Shown in pieces: positions 14,309-16,539 of a stretch of 16,539 bases of DNA. Position 1 is the stretch's first letter, and each line of letters begins with the position of its first letter. The notes under the pieces were generated by a model. The model saw only the letters and a program-made list of their open reading frames with translations. It was not told the DNA's origin and did not search any database. Origin of the DNA: a virus; the UHGV virus genome UHGV-0073462; one strand, written 5' to 3'. The translations under genes and the position numbers were made by a program.

Positions 14309-14862
14309 GCGTTAGTTTCTCCACAACCAGAAGCAATCGACGCCACGACGCCCGGAGCTGCACACTCGCGGGCGTTACTATTTTCTGGAGCGCAAAAGAT
14401 TTTGTAGACCAGTGCTGCATGCTCCTGGAGCTTCGAAATTGAAAGATACAGTTCGTCGTTAATTGCTGTCTTCTCATGCGGTTCCACTACACCGTCTTCG
14501 ATTGCTGAACGAATCTGTCTGGAATAACTGCCGATCTGTTCAATGACTTCCAGCAGGCGCTGGTTTATATCGGCGTTCTCTACTGCCTCAATTTCAGGAA
14601 GCGATACGAACACCCCACCAGCAGACTGTGCGACAGCATCCGCAATGTAGTGAGTGCCAGCCGCACGCTGTAAAACCATTGCCCATCCCAGCGGGAAAAT
14701 CTGATCGCCATCTGCACGAAGGCGGTTGAATAAAGCGTTCTCTGTTACATCCAGCCAGTCAGCAGCTTCAGCGTACCCCCCCGGCAACGCTGCGATAGTT
14801 TTTCTGACAGCTTTCACGTACCACTCAGGCTGTTTTTCTACTTTCCAGTGATGCTTACCCAC
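14305..14862 (-). CDS. putative CII-like early regulatory protein (185 aa), family assignment tentative
   Basis: GTG start at 14862 with strong SD AGGAGGT 5 nt upstream, overlapping the end of cro. Position directly after cro is that of cII-type regulators; sequence has a helical DNA-binding-like N-terminus. Function is inferred from position. Confidence 0.5.
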   Translation of the reverse strand: MGKHHWKVEKQPEWYVKAVRKTIAALPGGYAEAADWLDVTENALFNRLRADGDQIFPLGWAMVLQRAAGTHYIADAVAQSAGGVFVSLPEIEAVENADINQRLLEVIEQIGSYSRQIRSAIEDGVVEPHEKTAINDELYLSISKLQEHAALVYKIFCAPENSNARECAAPGVVASIASGCGETNA

Positions 14863-15115
14863 GGTTCACCTCCTGTTCCTGTGGTTTAAACCCATTCTGG
14901 TTTTGGCTAGATTGAAAACGTGCCGGATAAAGAATCTGCATTTCGCTGATTTCACCCTTAAAAAAATTGGCCAGACGTTCTGCAAGATCGATAGATGGAA
15001 TTTGTTCCAGTCTTTCAATACGACTCAGCGTCGCTGGATTGACCTGAACGCCCGCAGCAACATGCTGCAAAGTAAATCCGTGCGCCTTACGCACATTCCG
15101 TAATGGTGATTGCAT
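14855..15115 (-). CDS. cro: Cro-like HTH (XRE family) repressor
   Basis: 86 aa, ATG at 15115 with SD GGAGG 5 nt upstream. HTH segment FTLQHVAAGVQVNPATLSRIER. Divergent from cI across an operator-containing spacer. Confidence 0.75.
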   Translation of the reverse strand: MQSPLRNVRKAHGFTLQHVAAGVQVNPATLSRIERLEQIPSIDLAERLANFFKGEISEMQILYPARFQSSQNQNGFKPQEQEVNRG

Positions 15116-15129
15116 ATAACCTCCACATA

Positions 15130-15192
15130 TTGCGTGATGAGCATATTATTTCACGCAAATATTTTGCGCAAGTTGATTTGCTTAACGCGCAA
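15130..15192. promoter_or_regulatory. cI/cro divergent promoter-operator region (OR-like) with two inverted-repeat operators
   Basis: TTGCGTGA-N13-TCACGCAA (15130-15158) and TTGCGC-N17-GCGCAA (15164-15192). Candidate minus-strand pR is -35 TTGCGC / 17 bp / -10 TAATAT. Candidate plus-strand pRM is TTGCTT / 17 bp / TGTAAT ending just before the cI ATG. Confidence 0.5.
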
Positions 15193-15212
15193 TAAAGAAA
15201 TGTAATAAACGC

Positions 15213-15905
15213 ATGAACATAGGAAATCGAGTCAGACAACTTCGCCAGGCGAAGAACATGAAAATCGCCGATCTCGCTGAAGCAATAGGAGTGGATGCGG
15301 CGAATATCTCGCGCCTCGAAACAGGTAAGCAGAAACAATTCACTGAACAAGCCCTGAGTAATATTGCCAGGAGCTTAGGTGTTGATATTGCTGATCTCTT
15401 TACCTCAGACCTCAAAAGTAATACTGTATGTAAAAACAGTATTAGTGAGGATGTTGCGCAGGTGAAGGATGTATTCCGTATTGAAATGCTGGATGTCAGT
15501 GCCAGTGCGGGAAATGGCCTTATCCAGGGCGGTGATGTCATTGATGTGATTCATGCCATTGAATACAGAACTGATAATGCTGTATCGATGTTTGGTGGAC
15601 GACCAGCAAATCACATTAAAGTTATCAACGTTCGTGGGGACAGTATGTGTCCAACCATTGAGCCAGGAGATCTCATCTTCGTTGATATCAGTATCAATCA
15701 GTTTGATGGGGATGGTATCTATGTGTTTGGTTTTGATGATAAAATTTATGTCAAACGACTGCAAATGATACCTGACAAACTACTGGTAATTTCTGATAAC
15801 CAGATTTACCGTGAATGGGGAATTACCAGCGAAAATGAACACCGGTTTATGGTCTTTGGAAAGGTCTTAATCAGCCAGTCACAAACCCTTAAGCGACACA
15901 ATTAA
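15213..15905 (+). CDS. cI: CI-type prophage repressor (N-terminal HTH plus C-terminal S24 LexA-like autopeptidase domain)
   Basis: 230 aa. HTH (MKIADLAEAIGVDAANISRLETGKQ), S24 peptidase motifs (GDSMCPTIEPGDLIFVD; downstream KR in IYVKRLQ). Little or no leader before the ATG, as for lambda cI from pRM. Confidence 0.9.
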   Translation: MNIGNRVRQLRQAKNMKIADLAEAIGVDAANISRLETGKQKQFTEQALSNIARSLGVDIADLFTSDLKSNTVCKNSISEDVAQVKDVFRIEMLDVSASAGNGLIQGGDVIDVIHAIEYRTDNAVSMFGGRPANHIKVINVRGDSMCPTIEPGDLIFVDISINQFDGDGIYVFGFDDKIYVKRLQMIPDKLLVISDNQIYREWGITSENEHRFMVFGKVLISQSQTLKRHN

Positions 15906-15925
15906 CCCTTACCTCCTCATCAATT

Positions 15926-15950
15926 AGCCACCCGAAGGTGGCTTTTCATT
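15926..15950 (+). terminator. intrinsic terminator immediately downstream of cI
   Basis: AGCCACC-CGAA-GGTGGCT hairpin followed by TTTTCATT, starting about 20 bp after the cI stop. Confidence 0.6.
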
Positions 15951-16434
15951 ACTCATCAAATTGCATATCTCGCAACAAAAATACTTGCATAATGCGCAAC
16001 TTCATTTTATCTTTCTTTCCAGACCAACAAACAAGGTACTAACAAAATTTGGTTGTAACACGGCGTATGGCACATGCGTCGTTAGCGGTCTGGGGACGTT
16101 AAAGGAGACAATCCACTCCTTGCTCGGGCAAACAAACCAGGTAGCCGGAATGTGCAAGTCAATGATGATGCTGATAAGACGCCTAACCAGCGTGGCGATT
16201 CGGTTTGACGCCTGGGAAGAGACCAGGGTGCAACGATGAGGGCATTTATGGAACCGCGACAAAGTGTGGTGCCGTAACTGGCTAAGTGCTCTCAGTGTTG
16301 TGGTGAAGGCGCAGGCTGATGCGCGAAAGACATTGCAGCTATTGCGGAAAAGAGCTGTTCGGCGGGGCAATTAAACGCCCGTGAGAGTCTGAAATAACCG
16401 CAAGCCGGAGATCAGCACCGGTCACCACAACAGC

Positions 16435-16481
16435 CACTGCTTTGGCGGTACCAGTTTGTACACTTGCTTCCGGCTGGTACC
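16435..16481 (+). terminator. terminator-like long hairpin with T-tract at the end of the ORF-poor region right of cI
   Basis: GCGGTACCAG...CTGGTACCGC 10-bp stem with about 19-nt loop, followed by TCTTTTTA. The T-tract together with preceding stem bases (CGCTCTTTTTACAA) also loosely resembles a boxA element. Confidence 0.4.
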
Positions 16482-16539
16482 GCTCTTTTTACAAAACAGA
16501 GAAGAGCATCACCGGACGACGGGCTCATAACCCAATCCA

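Noticed and set aside
14903-15764. ORFs 14903..15103(+), 15087..15350(-), 15182..15541(-), 15405..15764(-), 15553..15768(+)
   Set aside because: Antisense or out-of-frame relative to cro and cI, both of which have strong domain evidence.
15961-16370. ORFs 15961..16239(+) and 16002..16370(-) as candidate N-like or rex-like genes
   Set aside because: Non-ATG starts or poor start context, Arg/Ser/Thr-rich composition and mutual overlap; the Arg-rich one is on the wrong strand for an N gene transcribed from a pL-like promoter. Region treated as non-coding pending evidence.
16474-16492. boxA-like element CGCTCTTTTTACAA as evidence for a nut site
   Set aside because: It coincides with the T-tract of a terminator-like hairpin and is not followed by a boxB-type stem-loop within the window; a terminator is the simpler reading.

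Overview
This window looks like the early-to-late core of a lambdoid prophage of an E. coli-type enterobacterium (phage 21 / 82 / Stx-phage-like layout), with almost every gene on the minus strand. Reading from high to low coordinates: a cI repressor (plus strand) and divergent cro with inverted-repeat operators; a CII-like gene; a Rha-domain protein; two small ORFs; an O-like replication gene with internal tandem repeats; a nin-like cluster (PerC-like regulator, Dam-type N6-adenine methyltransferase, standalone LexA N-terminal-domain-like protein, RusA, KilA-N antirepressor-like protein, unknown 171-aa protein, DUF968/HNH-like protein); a phage-82-type Q antiterminator; an ORF-poor late leader with two tandem ~480-bp repeat modules and several intrinsic terminators; a NanS-p-type sialate O-acetylesterase; two small ORFs; and a lysis cassette (S21-like pinholin, an inserted 176-aa unknown gene, SAR endolysin) followed by a KilAC antirepressor-like gene. 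I found no stx genes, tRNAs, CRISPR arrays or IS elements. The most notable observations are a canonical LexA/SOS box immediately upstream of the KilA-N gene with a phage-encoded LexA DNA-binding-domain paralog about 450 bp away, the unknown gene wedged between pinholin and endolysin, and the duplicated terminator-rich late leader. All functional calls rest on motif recognition by eye; no database search was run.
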